A stretch of DNA of 63,789 nt, the filler included, from Octopus bimaculoides (lineage: Eukaryota): NCBI RefSeq assembly GCF_001194135.2. It is 7 parts of 6 records of this genome, joined end to end, with 100 filler letters (N's around TTAATTAATTAA, not from the genome) between each part and the next. Parts side by side here need not be neighbours in the genome. Positions count along the whole stretch, not along the records: positions 1 to 22,181 come from NC_068987.1; positions 22,282 to 31,854 come from NC_068994.1; 5 more parts are not named here. One strand, written 5' to 3'. The notes under the pieces were generated by a model. The model saw nothing but the letters and a program-made list of their open reading frames with translations, was not told the origin of the DNA and searched no databases. The position numbers and the translations under genes were made by a program. Numbering within the stretch: position 1 is the first letter of the stretch; each line of letters begins with the position of its first letter. This document shows, one piece after another, positions 12,359-24,375 of the stretch.

Positions 12359-12750
12359 ATACTCATTTACTCTTTTACTTGTTTCAGTCTTTTGATTGTG
12401 GCCATGCTGGAGCACCGCCTTTAGTCGAGCAAATCGACCCCAGGACTTATTCTTTGGAAGCCTAGTACTTATTCTATCGGTCTATTTTGCCGAACCGCTA
12501 AGTTACGGGGACATAAACACACCAGCATCGGTTGTCAAGACATACAAACACATACACACAAACACATACACACATACATATATATATACATATATACGAC
12601 AGGCTTCTTTCAGTTTCTGTCTACCAAATCCACTCACAAGGCTTTGGTCGGCCCGAGGCTATAGTAGAAGACACTTGCCCAAGATGCCACGCAGTGGGAC
12701 TGAACCCGGGACTATGTGGTTGGTAAGCAAGCTACTTACCACACAGCCAC
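12359..12750 (-). mobile_element. SINE family A, full length
   Basis: Reverse complement of head 'gtggctgtgtggtaagtagcttgcttaccaaccac...ccgggttcagtcccactgcgtggc' (tRNA-like A/B boxes), internal microsatellite and 3' domain. Confidence 0.85.
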
Positions 12751-13071
12751 ATATACATATATGTACACATACATGCACGCACACAAAATCTCTAAGTGTA
12801 TACATATAGAGGACAGTTATTACAGACAAGAGAAGTAGGAAGTATACCTTAAGCGTATGGAGGAGGGAGAGAAAAAGAAACAGACGTAAAAACTATCGAA
12901 TGAAAGAGAAAATAGAAAAGAAGAAAGAATTAAAGGAGAAAAAAAGAAAAGAAGTTTGTTAAGGCAACAGCAATGTATCCAGTAGGAAGAGGAAAGATAC
13001 TTTGAGTAAGAAAAGAAAAGAAAGAAATAGATCACGAAATATCTGTAACGAACGTACACATAAAATAAAAT

Positions 13072-13118
<47 letters not shown>

Positions 13119-13184
13119 CATACAAATACACATATATATGATTACGTATATAAATATACAGAAATATTCACACAAATATAAGTT

Positions 13185-13326
13185 AGGCACAGGAATGGCT
13201 GTGTGGTAAGTAGCTCGCTCACCAACAACATGCGTGGCACCTTGGGCAAGTGTCTTCTACTGTACCCTCGGGCCGACCAAAGCCATGTGAGTGGATTTGG
13301 TAGACGGAAACTGAAAGAAGCCCGTC

Positions 13327-13360
<34 letters not shown>

Positions 13361-13555
13361 TTGTCCCTCCACCATCGCTTGACAACCAATGCTGGTGTGT
13401 TTACGTCCCCGTAATCTAGCGGTTCGGCAAAAGAGACCGATAGAATAAGTACTAGGCTTCCAAAGAATAAGTCCTGGGGTTGATTTGCTCGACTAAAAGG
13501 TGGTGCTCCAGCATGGCCGCAGTCAAATGACTGAAACAAGTAAAAGAGTAAAAGA
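13185..13555 (+). mobile_element. SINE family A, near full length (internal deletion in the head)
   Basis: 'aggcacaggaatggctgtgtggtaagtagctcgc...gcaccttgggcaagtgtc...(TG)n...gactgaaacaagtaaaagag'. Confidence 0.85.
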
Positions 13556-14391
13556 GAGTATATTCATATACATATTCACACAAATATAAGTGTATACATG
13601 TATACATAAACGTCCATGTACTATGCATGTAAACATAAACATACACATACACAGACACACAGATACAAATACATATGCATGCCTACAATTCACATATCCA
13701 TATAAAACACATCTAGATCCCAACGTATATATACAAACAACGCTTTAAAAATTTGCTCAGTGTATATCATATTAAAATCGGCATAGAATTATATATAAAC
13801 TAGCAGTATAACCCGACGTTGTCCTGGTGTGACTTATTACGCTATCTACGATAAGTCTAGCTAGGTGAAAATCAACTCAAAAAGAAAAAACCCTTATGAT
13901 GTAAATATGTTCATAATTCAAAGACGATGAAATTAATAGGGAAAGTCTGAAGGCTGTTTTGCATAACATTATTAAGCGTACGTAAATTTCATTCGTCTAA
14001 TTGGCTATAGAAATGCTTGTGCAAAACAACTTTTTATGCTGCCCTGATTATACATAACAGTGTAGTCCCTTTTAGCAGGAGCTGGGACGGCAATTTGTGA
14101 TGCAGCAATTGTGGCGATCTGTTGCTACACAGTTTTGCCAGAATTCTATCAGATTGAGCAGATGTTGATAAACCATTTTGCATTATGTTCAAAGTATCTT
14201 CTGGAATGTGGTGAATTGCTGCAGTCTGTTGCTGTCTTTTTAAACCGGTTGCTTTCTTTCCCCAGCAAACTCTCTTCTTTGGAGGCATAATCTATGTATA
14301 TATTAAACAGAACAACAAAAGTTATAATACATGGCAGGGTCGGTAGTTTTCACATTTCTGTAATTTTTCAGATTAACACCCACACGATTAC

Positions 14392-14508
14392 CCAACCCTA
14401 ACCCTAAAACCCTAAACCTAACACTAACCCTAAAACCATAATACTAACCCTAACCGTAACCCTAAAACCCTAACCCTGACCTTAAAACACTAACCCTAAT
14501 ACCCTAGT
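14392..14508 (+). repeat. Degenerate telomere-like (CCCTAA)n tract inside the Helitron
   Basis: ccaaccctaaccctaaaaccctaaacctaacactaaccctaaaacc...aaccctaataccctag. Confidence 0.85.
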
Positions 14509-15347
14509 GAAAATCGTGGTATATTTACCGAACATTGACGAACAGGAGTTATATTGTAGTCAATGATTGTGTGTACAGGTAGGAGGGAAGAAATATAAAA
14601 GCTGCTAGAAACAACAGCCAAATCTCCCTTAAATCACACAAAGTAAACGGAATTTTAAAAATCTAATTTCTGCACTGGAAAGTTCACATCGAAAAAATTC
14701 CATTGATGTAAAAAATTTTTTAATTCCGTTTACTTTGTGTGATTTAAGGGAGATTTGGCTGTTGTTTCTAGCAACTTTTATATTTCTTCCCTGCTACCTG
14801 TACCGGCGTTCTTACACATCCATCACGCGCCCAACATATAATATAGAGAGTAAGAGTAAAAGATGGAGGGAGAGAGAGAGAGAGAGAGAAAGTGATACAT
14901 AAACCCTAACACCCTAGTGAAAATCGTGGTATATTTACCAAACATTGACGAATATGAGTGATATTGTAGTGAATGTTTTGTGAGAGAGAAGAGGGAGAGA
15001 GAAAGAGGGAGAGAGAGGGGGAGAAAGGAATAGGGAACGGGAGCAATGAAGAGAGAGAAAGAGAGGAAGGGAGAACGGAAGACAGTTATAAAATAGCAAT
15101 GAGTGTGTGTGTTTATATAAGAAACACAGAAACTAAATCTTATATCTATAATGTTGATGTGTGTTTATGTTTATGTTGTTGTCACAGATCATGTATGTGG
15201 TTGTGTGTGTTTTTACGTATCTATGTTAAGAAAAATAGGTAAAAAATACTCAGAGGAAAGTTTAATCTATGATAAATTCAAATTACGACAAACGTAAATA
15301 AACAAACGAAGTTTGCTTTTAGAAGCGTTGAGATGTCTTTTAGAAAG

Positions 15348-15525
15348 TTAAAGAAGTGATTTTAAATTCTCAATCGCAGAATAATACTAATAATATAGCC
15401 TGAACAGGATAAACTACCCCTATTTTGCAGAGAAAAGTGTAGGTGCAAAATAAGGGTAGTTTATCCTGTTCAGGCTATATTATTAGCATTATTCTGCGAT
15501 TGAGAATTTAAAATCACTTCTTTAA
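15348..15525. repeat. Near-perfect palindrome: 82-bp arms, 14-nt loop
   Basis: 15348-15429 is the reverse complement of 15444-15525 with two mismatches by eye. Confidence 0.9.
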
Positions 15526-16064
15526 TCTATGACTTTGTATGTATCACTTTCACTCTCTCTCCCTCTTTTACTCTTCCTCTCTATATTATATGTTGAGCAC
15601 GTGATGGATGTGTAAGAACGCCGGTACAGGTAGAAGGGAAGAAATATAAAAGTTGCTAGAAACAACAGCTAAATCTCCCTTAAATCACACAAAGTAAACG
15701 GAATTTAAAAAATCTAATTACTGCACTGGAAAGTTCACTTCGAGAAAATTCCATTGATGTAAAAACTTTTACGAAAAAGTAGAAAGATTTCTATAAACTT
15801 TTAAAAAGGCTTCACACACATACACAACTTCAGCTTTATTATATATAAGATAAGATATAACAATTAAATAGGTTCATAAAATAAAATAAAATAAAATAAT
15901 AAATGCTTAAACTTGAAAATAATATATATAACAGTCGGAGGCTTTCTTAAAGAATACGTTGAAATACATACAATATCATTGTGATGCGAAACAACCAAAT
16001 ACTACAAAACACGAATTCATCAGTGGTATTGGAAAGCAGTTCAAGATTTAAAAAATATTTACTA

Positions 16065-16635
16065 TCCATACGGTATTTTGTCGGCTGACATTTTAAATTT
16101 TCTTGTGTGCCTGCAGGAATTCAAGAGTTCACGCCTTTGATTCAAAGCACTATTGTCCTGGAATAAAATAAAGAATTTTTTCCAAAAGTCATAAATCATA
16201 TTTTATGGGTCTTTTATGAGCATCATGTCTGTAAGCTGATGCTTTATCTAAAATTTTCCATGTGACGCTGAAAGGTGGGTTTCATTTTCTTTCAATTCCC
16301 AGACATGTTTTGCCAGACTGGTCTTTGTCCTATTTTCGGGGGTACCAGAAGGAATTTCTATGGGAATAAAATCTGGTCCTGAAAGAATTTTCTGAAGTCC
16401 CTGTATATGTTTTATATTCATGTGAGCCTTCTATTTATACTTTGGCCCTATACACAATCCCTTTCTCCAGACATTTTCCTTCCAACGGACAGGCAATCTC
16501 ATCTTTGAAATTGCAATTCTTCGGATCAGAATCAGCACTGTGGTTATTTCTAATTATTTTCGTGTTGTGTTGGCTAATGAAAGAGGTGACATTTTTACAA
16601 GAATAGCTAATCTTCAGCGTACTTCAAATAATTTA
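16065..16635 (-). mobile_element. Penelope-like element GIY-YIG endonuclease remnant
   Basis: Minus strand with stops and shifts: LKISYSC.KNVTSFISQHNTKII...KNCNFKDEIACPLEGKCLEKGIVYRAKV*IEGSHEYKTYTGTSENSFRTRFYSHRNSF...TSLAKHVWELKEN...FSVTWKILDKASAY...LNQRRELLNSCRHTRKF. GIVY..YTG core and CRH C-terminus are typical of PLE endonucleases. Confidence 0.85.
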
Positions 16636-16832
16636 TGAAAATAAATCGGTTATTTCCCTCGGCCACATATAAGGATCCCTTTATTGAATAGATAACTATA
16701 ATCGAATTTTTCAACAATCTCAGTATACCATGAGGTTTCCAGACATGAGTTCTACTCACACGTTACGTTTCATCAAAATCGATAAAACAATGTAGGAGTT
16801 AGCTAACGACTCTACAAACGCCACCCAGGCAG

Positions 16833-16873
<41 letters not shown>

Positions 16874-18979
16874 TAAATAAATAGAGTTAAATACAGATGT
16901 TATTCAAATTCTTTTACTTTCGACATGTTTCGAAGCCAACATTGGTTTTATTCCAAAGGAATAAACAGTGTAAAATAATGTAATCTTCTTGTTCATCATT
17001 TATGGAGTCATCAAAATTGTTATTATGTCTTGTTGTTGAGATTGGTTCTCTTTCTTTCCTGATGAGAATTACTATACAACTTACTGCACATTAACCTAGA
17101 GTTTCTACCTTTGAATAGGTCGCTACATCCGTGTTACCTGTGTGAATTTTGCTACCCTGGTAACTGTTAATTGAATTTTCCGTGTTACCTGTAAACAAAG
17201 GATAATTTATTCATCCATTTATATATGTATATATTCATATCTATCTATCTGTATACACACACACACACACACACATATATATCATATTAGGGAATAAAGT
17301 CCAAAACTTACAGGGAAAAATTCAATTTAGCGATACTAAATCAAATTTGCCAACATATACATACATACATATATATGTATACGTACATAAATATAAATAC
17401 ATATGTATACGTACATATATATATGTCTATATATATATATATATATGTATATACATATATACATATACATATATACATATATATCCTAGCTGACATACTC
17501 AGTAATTCCCAGGAAAGCACGGCTTGGTTCCCTTCTCATAATTGATTCGCTACTCTAATAACAACAATGCAAAGTATGTAGCCCTTAAAATGGTTTTTGC
17601 GCAGTTACAGAGAATACCGAACTGTCTTACGCAGAATCTTGTTTTTAGGAATTCGCAATAAGTTATGAGTGCCCAAGTTGTGAAGTCAGTTATGTAATAA
17701 CATGAAATTAGTTACCCAATAGTAAGAATTGAAATAAAGTAGCCCTGAAAAGGGCTTTAATGCATTCCCAGAGTATATTGAACAGAGGAGGAAATACTAA
17801 TAAGTTATGTATACTAAAATCATGAAGCACGTTATGTAATAACAAGCTAATCAGATATGAGATAATAACAATTCAAAGTAAATAACTCTGAAAAGGGCTT
17901 TTGTACGTTACCCGAGAATATAACCTTTAGGGGCGCTAGTGCTTGTATGTTCATGAATAAATCACTAACCGAAAGTGGATCTATTGTTTAGGAAAATACT
18001 ACTTACTTGTTTAAGGGTTGTACTTGATAAATTACGAAAATAACTCTAACAGTTCAAATACTAAGACATAGGCATAAACAATTTCATTTTTACCAAATAA
18101 TTTATTAAAATGAATCGGTTATTTCCCTCGGCCACATATANNNNNNNNNNNNNNNNNNNNNNNNNNNNNNNNNNNNNNNNNNNNNNNNNNNNNNNNNNNN
18201 NNNNNNNNNNNNNNNNNNNNNNNNNNNNNNNNNNNNNNNNNNNNNNNNNNNNNNNNNNNNNNNNNNNNNNNNNNNNNNNNNNNNNNNNNNNNNNNNNNNN
18301 NNNNNNNNNNNNNNNNNNNNNNNNNNNNNNNNNNNNNNNNNNNNNNNNNNNNNNNNNNNNNNNNNNNNNNNNNNNNNNNNNNNNNNNNNNNNNNNNNNNN
18401 NNNNNNNNNNNNNNNNNNNNNNNNNNNNNNNNNNNNNNNNNNNNNNNNNNNNNNNNNNNNNNNNNNNNNNNNNNNNNNNNNNNNNNNNNNNNNNNNNNNN
18501 NNNNNNNNNNNNNNNNNNNNNNNNNNNNNNNNNNNNNNNNNNNNNNNNNNNNNNNNNNNNNNNNNNNNNNNNNNNNNNNNNNNNNNNNNNNNNNNNNNNN
18601 NNNNNNNNNNNNNNNNNNNNNNNNNNNNNNNNNNNNNNNNNNNNNNNNNNNNNNNNNNNNNNNNNNNNNNNNNNNNNNNNNNNNNNNNNNNNNNNNNNNN
18701 NNNNNNNNNNNNNNNNNNNNNNNNNNNNNNNNNNNNNNNNNNNNNNNNNNNNNNNNNNNNNNNNNNNNNNNNNNNNNNNNNNNNNNNNNNNNNNNNNNNN
18801 NNNNNNNNNNNNNNNNNNNNNNNNNNNNNNNNNNNNNNNNNNNNNNNNNNNNNNNNNNNNNNNNNNNNNNNNNNNNNNNNNNNNNNNNNNNNNNNNNNNN
18901 NNNNNNNNNNNNNNNNNNNNNNNNNNNNNNNNNNNNNNNNNNNNNNNNNNNNNNNNNNNNNNNNNNNNNNNNNNNATAT

Positions 18980-20505
18980 ATATCATCATCACCATCATCA
19001 CCGATTAACGTCAGTTTTCCATGCTTGCATGGGTTAGACGGTTTGATTGAGGTCTGGCAAGTCACCGGTAGCACCAGGCTCCAATCTGATCTGACAAAGT
19101 TTCTATGGGTGGATGCCCTTCCTAACGCCAACCACTCCAAGAGTGCAGTGGGTTCTTTTTACATACCACTGGCACAGGAACCAGCCTGGAGGTACTGGCA
19201 TTGGCCAAGTTCTGTTAATGCTTTTTACCTGCCACTGGTACGAGATCCAGTCAGGCGGACCTGCCACTGGCACGGGAGAAAGTCAGGGGTCAGCGACCCC
19301 AGCTACAATATTGGTTTTACTTAACTCAATAGGTCTTCTCAAGTATATCATATTGCCTGACACATCAGAAGTATTCTTAACAGGGCGGACATGCGTGGCT
19401 GCGATCTGACTTTAGTTGCCTGGTCTTCTCAATCACAGTATATCTCCAAAGGTCCCAATCTTCTGTCATTGCTTCTGTGAAGCTCAATGTTTGAAGGTCA
19501 TGCTTCACCACCTCATCCCATGTCTTCCTGGGTCTACCTCTTCCACAGGTTCCTTCTTCAGTTAGGGAGTAGCATTTCTTCACATAGCGGTCTTCATTCA
19601 TACGTAACACATAGCCATACCAGCACAGTCACCTCTCTTGCACACCTCATTTGATGCTTCTTATACCCAACTTTTCTCTCAGGGTGCTTAGACTCTGTCG
19701 TGTATGCACACTGACATTACACATCCAGCGGATCATACTAGCTTCATTTCTTTCAAGCCTACGCATGTCCTCAGCATTCATGGCGCATATTTCACTGCTG
19801 TGTAGCATGGCAATTTGCACACATGCATCATACAGTCTACTTTTTATCCTGAGTGAGAGACCCTTAGTTGCCAGCAGAGGCAGGACCTTCCTGAATTTTG
19901 CCCAGGCTATTATTACTCTAGTTGCTATACTCTCAGAGCAACCGCTCCCACTATAGACTTGACTGCCTAGGTATCAGAAGCTATTAACTACTTCTAGTTT
20001 CTCCCACTGGCATGTGATGGAATCTGTTTTCTGTACAACTTCAGTGTTGCCCCAGTGCATCTGCCACACACGAAAACTATTTTCCCTGTTAACCTTCCTT
20101 TGATATTGTTGCACTTTTTATGTGTCCATAGCTTACATTGGGTACATCGTATAGAGTTTCTACCCATGCCTTTTCTACAGATCGAGCAGGGCCATCTACC
20201 TGAAGGGGGTTGTGATTCGTCAACCTCTCTACTTACTAAGACTTTGGTTTTGGCTAGGTTAACCCTAAGGCCCTTCGATTCAAGACCTTGCTTCCACACC
20301 TAAACTTCATCTCCCGTTCTGGCAGTGACTCAGCTATTAGAGCAAGGTCATCAGCAAAGAGGAGCTCCCGGGGGCAACCTATTTTGAATTCCTCTGTTAC
20401 TGCCTGGAGGACTGTAATGAATAAGAGGGGGCTGAGGACAGATCCTTGGTGAACCCATACTTCTACTCGGAATTCTTCACTATACTCGTTGCCGACCTTC
20501 ACTTT
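18980..20505 (-). mobile_element. RTE-clade LINE copy 2, 5'-truncated and frameshifted
   Basis: KVGNEYSEEFRVEVWVHQGSVLSPLLF...LLFADDL; GLRVNLAKTKVL...RWPCSICRKG...CTQCKLWTHKKC; GRGRPRKTWDEVVKHDL; 3' UTR and (GAT)n tail at ~18980. Same family as copy 1. Confidence 0.85.
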
Positions 20506-20733
20506 TGACTTAGCAATTAGCTTACGACTTCTAGTTTACTTTACTGTGATTTATTTTGCCCTCATCCCCCCATTTTAATCATTTAATTTAAACCTTTAGC
20601 ATTACGTTTATAACCCCCTCCCTTTATAACTCTATGTAAACAAGCGTTCTTACTTCTAACGGTCACTTACTTGGCCATGTAATATCAGCTCGTAAGTTAC
20701 CTCATCATTTCACATTTGTCTTGCTTTTATATG

Positions 20734-20828
20734 TTGGTTCCCTGACGATGAATATATATGAAATTCCAGCAGCTCTTACTTCTTTGGAGGAGAACACGCA
20801 TATATTTTGAAACATGTGTAGGAATTAA
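20734..20828 (+). ncRNA. Type I hammerhead ribozyme motif, copy 1
   Basis: Stem I UUGGUUCC (20734-41); core CUGACGA (20742-48); stem II UGAAUAUAU...AUAUAUUUU; GAAAC (20809-13); AUGU loop; GUA cleavage triplet (20818-20); stem I' GGAAUUAA (20821-28). Stem I is 8 bp with two G-U pairs. Confidence 0.65.
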
Positions 20829-21194
20829 AGGAACTTTTATTTATATGCGTTTTGCTCCATTTATTGTTATTATTCATATATATATATATATANNNNNNNN
20901 NNNNNNNNNNNNNNNNNNNNNNNNNNNNNNNNNNNNNNNNNNNNNNNNNNNNNNNNNNNNNNNNNNNNNNNNNNNNNNNNTATGTATATATTAATATTAT
21001 CTCAGTTTAAAATAAAACCTTGACAATGTAAATATGTTAATAGTTACTATGGGTAGCAAAATTCACACAAAAAAACATGGATATCACACCCGTTTTATAG
21101 GTAGAGATACCAAGTTAAAGCGATGCATTTTGAGTAGATAGGAATAATAATAATAATAATAAATGGAGCAAAACGCATATAAACAAAAGTTCCT

Positions 21195-21289
21195 TTAATT
21201 TCTACATATGTTTCAAAATATATGTGCACTCTACTCCAAAGAAGTAAGAGGTGCTGGAATTACACATATATTCATCATCAGGGAACCAA
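21195..21289 (-). ncRNA. Type I hammerhead ribozyme motif, copy 2
   Basis: Minus strand: UUGGUUCC-CUGAUGA-UG-AAUAUAUGUG...CACAUAUAUU-UU-GAAAC-AUAU-GUA-GAAAUUAA. Perfect 10-bp stem II; palindromic stem III ACAUAUGU; one C-A mismatch in stem I. Confidence 0.62.
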
Positions 21290-21924
21290 CATATAGAAGC
21301 AAGACAAATGCGAAGTGATAAGGTTACGTACTAGTTATAATACTACATGGCCAAGTGACCTTTATAAACAAGAACGCTGGTTTACATAGAGTTATAATGT
21401 GAGGGAGGCTGTAAACGCTATACTAAATGTTTAAATTAAATGATTAAAATAGGGAAAGGCAAAATGGATCACAGTAAAGTAAACAAAAGTTGTATGCTAT
21501 AAGTTGTATGCTATAAGTTGTATACTATAAGTTCATCGTATATGATAATTTCTCCTTACGGAAAAAAATAATAACATACTGGTTTGAAGTGAAGGATGTA
21601 AATATAATAAATGGAACATCATAGCCTTGTAATATATTAACGCAAATTAATGGTAAAACAAGGTACATGATATTTTGTTGAGAAATAATAATAATAATAA
21701 TAATATACATGCTTACAAGGAGAAGATCGGGTATATTTAATTAAAGTTATTAATGGTACAAACACAACTAATGTAGCATTACTGGGATGGATTTACTTAA
21801 CCAATTATAGAAGGGGAAAATAAAAGACAAGTGGCGAAGGAGGCAGAAATAGATATTATTTCAGATTATATTAAAAGAGGACATTATATTCAGAGGACAT
21901 TTGGTAAAAAAAACAAAAGAAATA

Positions 21925-21960
<36 letters not shown>

Positions 21961-22225
21961 TTTTAAAAAATAATAATAATAATAGCTAAAAACTTAAACA
22001 CTTAAAAAAGATGGAATTAATGATAATAAATGAAGGTATGTCTCTGCTGGTGCTTACATCGATACGCTCTCTGTGTTATCTGGTTTACTAGACGATTCTT
22101 GGAGAACAGAATATGGAAAAGCTCCAAGTTATACATATATAAATGTATACATATATATATATATACATTATAAATATATATNNNNNNNNNNNNNNNNNNN
22201 NNNNNNNNNNNNNNNNNNNNNNNNN

Positions 22226-22237
22226 TTAATTAATTAA
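22226..22237. other. Artificial scaffold-join linker TTAATTAATTAA (also at 31899, 43203, 48025, 54000, 59221)
   Basis: The identical 12-mer, a stop codon in all six frames, centred in a gap of 44 N on each side, six times. Confidence 0.95.
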
Positions 22238-22547
22238 NNNNNNNNNNNNNNNNNNNNNNNNNNNNNNNNNNNNNNNNNNNNGGTGGGGGTGGGGGTGTTT
22301 TGCAGGGGTGGTGGTGATCGGGATAACGGTACCGTGCCGTTTGGAATATAAAGGTAGCGAAGTGCAGAGTAGGCGTTAAAAATTGAATGTGGAGCAATAA
22401 GGTAATGAAAAATTGTGTGTGTGTGTGTGTGTACGTATGTGTCAAAAATAGATTATGGAAAGGTGTTTAATTAAGATATCCTCATTATTTGTAGTAGAGT
22501 AAATGTGTATGTGTATACAAACACACACACATACATACATATATATA

Positions 22548-22600
<53 letters not shown>

Positions 22601-23014
22601 NNNNNNNNNNTACATATATATTTACATATATCTACATATACGTAAATATATAAATAATCAGGAAATGGAGAAAACCTCAAATTAACAAACACATCAGCTG
22701 GACCACATTTATAGATTGTTTTTTAATACAAAGCATGACATAACTAAAACAGGTAACGTAACATATCTTTACAGCCATTTCCGATCAGTTGCCAAAATGC
22801 TGTCTATAAATAAGTACGAGAATAAAGTTCTCCATCGCCATAGGGCATTCGAATTAAGGCACGGAGTTTCATCAGAGTGAAAGAAACAAAAAAAAAAACA
22901 AGAGCATACAATATAAACAAAAGGGAAGAGAGAAGAGGAGAGAAAACATGACCTGGACCAAAATTCTAGATGTCCAATATGCTAAAAGCATAAAATTCTA
23001 TCATCTGGGGCTCT

Positions 23015-23241
23015 TTTACTTGTTTCTGCCATTTGACTGCGGCCATGCTGGAGCACCGCCGTTAGTCGAGCAAATCGACCCCCAGGACTTATTCTTTTTG
23101 GAAGCCTGGTACTTATTCTATCGGTCTGTTTTGCCGAACCGCTAAGTTACGGGGGATGTAAACACACCAGCATCTGTTGTCAAGCGATGTAGGGGGGACA
23201 AACACAGACACACAAACATACACACACACATATACTTATAT

Positions 23242-23326
<85 letters not shown>

Positions 23327-23495
23327 TATATACGATGGGCTTCTTTCAGTTTCCGTCTAACAATTCCACTCACAAGGCTTTGGTCGGCCCGAGGCTATAG
23401 CAGAAGACATTTGCCCAAGGTGCCACACAGTGGGAATGAACCCAGAACCATGTGGTTGGTAAGCTAGCTACTTACCACACAGCCACTCCTGCGCC
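23015..23495 (-). mobile_element. SINE family A, full length
   Basis: Reverse complement of 'ggcgcaggagtggctgtgtggtaagtagctagcttaccaaccac...' through the 3' domain, with an expanded internal (CA)/(TA) tract. Confidence 0.85.
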
Positions 23496-24111
23496 TTTGT
23501 ATATATACAAATGTATGTACAGTCACACACACACAGACATATATATATATATACACACATACACGCACACACATATATATATATCCACATACATATAGAT
23601 ACATATATATACATGTACACACAGATACATACAGGAACGCTCAGATATAAATATGATCTATTTATCTGTTTCTTAGTTTCCTTACTTGTAGTTTTAATAA
23701 ACAGAATTCTGTTATTAGAGACCCAACAACAGTAAGGAGCAGCGGTAGTTAGATCAGAAAGTCTGCGAGTAACTAACTCATTCTTTTGAGATTTGAAACT
23801 CTCCACTGGATGCTTACACGTTTGGCATCGAGCCCTTCTATGCCACCTCCAAGTCCCCCTCACCTTTCATTCCCACCCCCACTCCACGTTCTTTCTTTCT
23901 GTCTCAACAATGTTTTTGGATTTTTCTTTTTTATATTTTTATTATTCTTTTTGCCTCTGATATGTTTATTTTCCTCGTCTTGTAAATAAAACCTTGGTTA
24001 CTCTGCTAGGCACCGAGTCTTTGAATCTTGTCTCTCATTTCTCCATTGCTATTTTTCTCTAATTCATCTTAATTATATATATACGTATATACGTGTATGT
24101 ATTTATATATG

Positions 24112-24173
<62 letters not shown>

Positions 24174-24316
24174 TATACACACACACACACAGAGACATAT
24201 GCGAACACATACATCGTATGTATTTCTTTCTTTGGCTTTCTTCTCTTCATTCCCTTCTTCCAGTAAGGTCTTTGAAGTTTCCGGTTGGTTAGGTTTCTGG
24301 TTGCAAACAGGCTCAT

Positions 24317-24375
<59 letters not shown>

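Larger units (their letters stand above)
13800..15850 (-). mobile_element. Non-autonomous Helitron (2051 nt)
   Basis: Minus-strand 5' end A|TCTTATATATAATAAAGCTGAAG (15851|15850). 3' end has the imperfect hairpin CCAGGACAACGTCGGG, 8 nt spacer, then CTAG|T (13800|13799). A/T target, no TSD, no Rep/helicase ORF. Confidence 0.8.
20534..21484. repeat. Inverted repeat pair, ~340-bp arms (20534-20875 / 21145-21484), Penelope pLTR-like
   Basis: Arms are reverse complements with scattered substitutions (diverged, so not one read assembled twice). The spacer holds (TA)n, a short gap and a segment resembling 17100-17200. Confidence 0.85.

Noticed and set aside
14392-14508. True telomere or chromosome-fusion scar
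   Set aside because: Short, degenerate and internal to a Helitron-like element with intact termini.
16915-17070. Hammerhead-like words (UUGAUGA...GAAACAUGUC on minus; CUGAUGAG on plus at 17059)
   Set aside because: No stem II pairs next to the core on the minus strand, and the plus-strand core has no GAAA partner; kept only as PLE context.
22760-22880. CUGAUGA on the minus strand at ~22870 with a distant GAAAUGGCUGUA
   Set aside because: Stems I and II do not pair convincingly.
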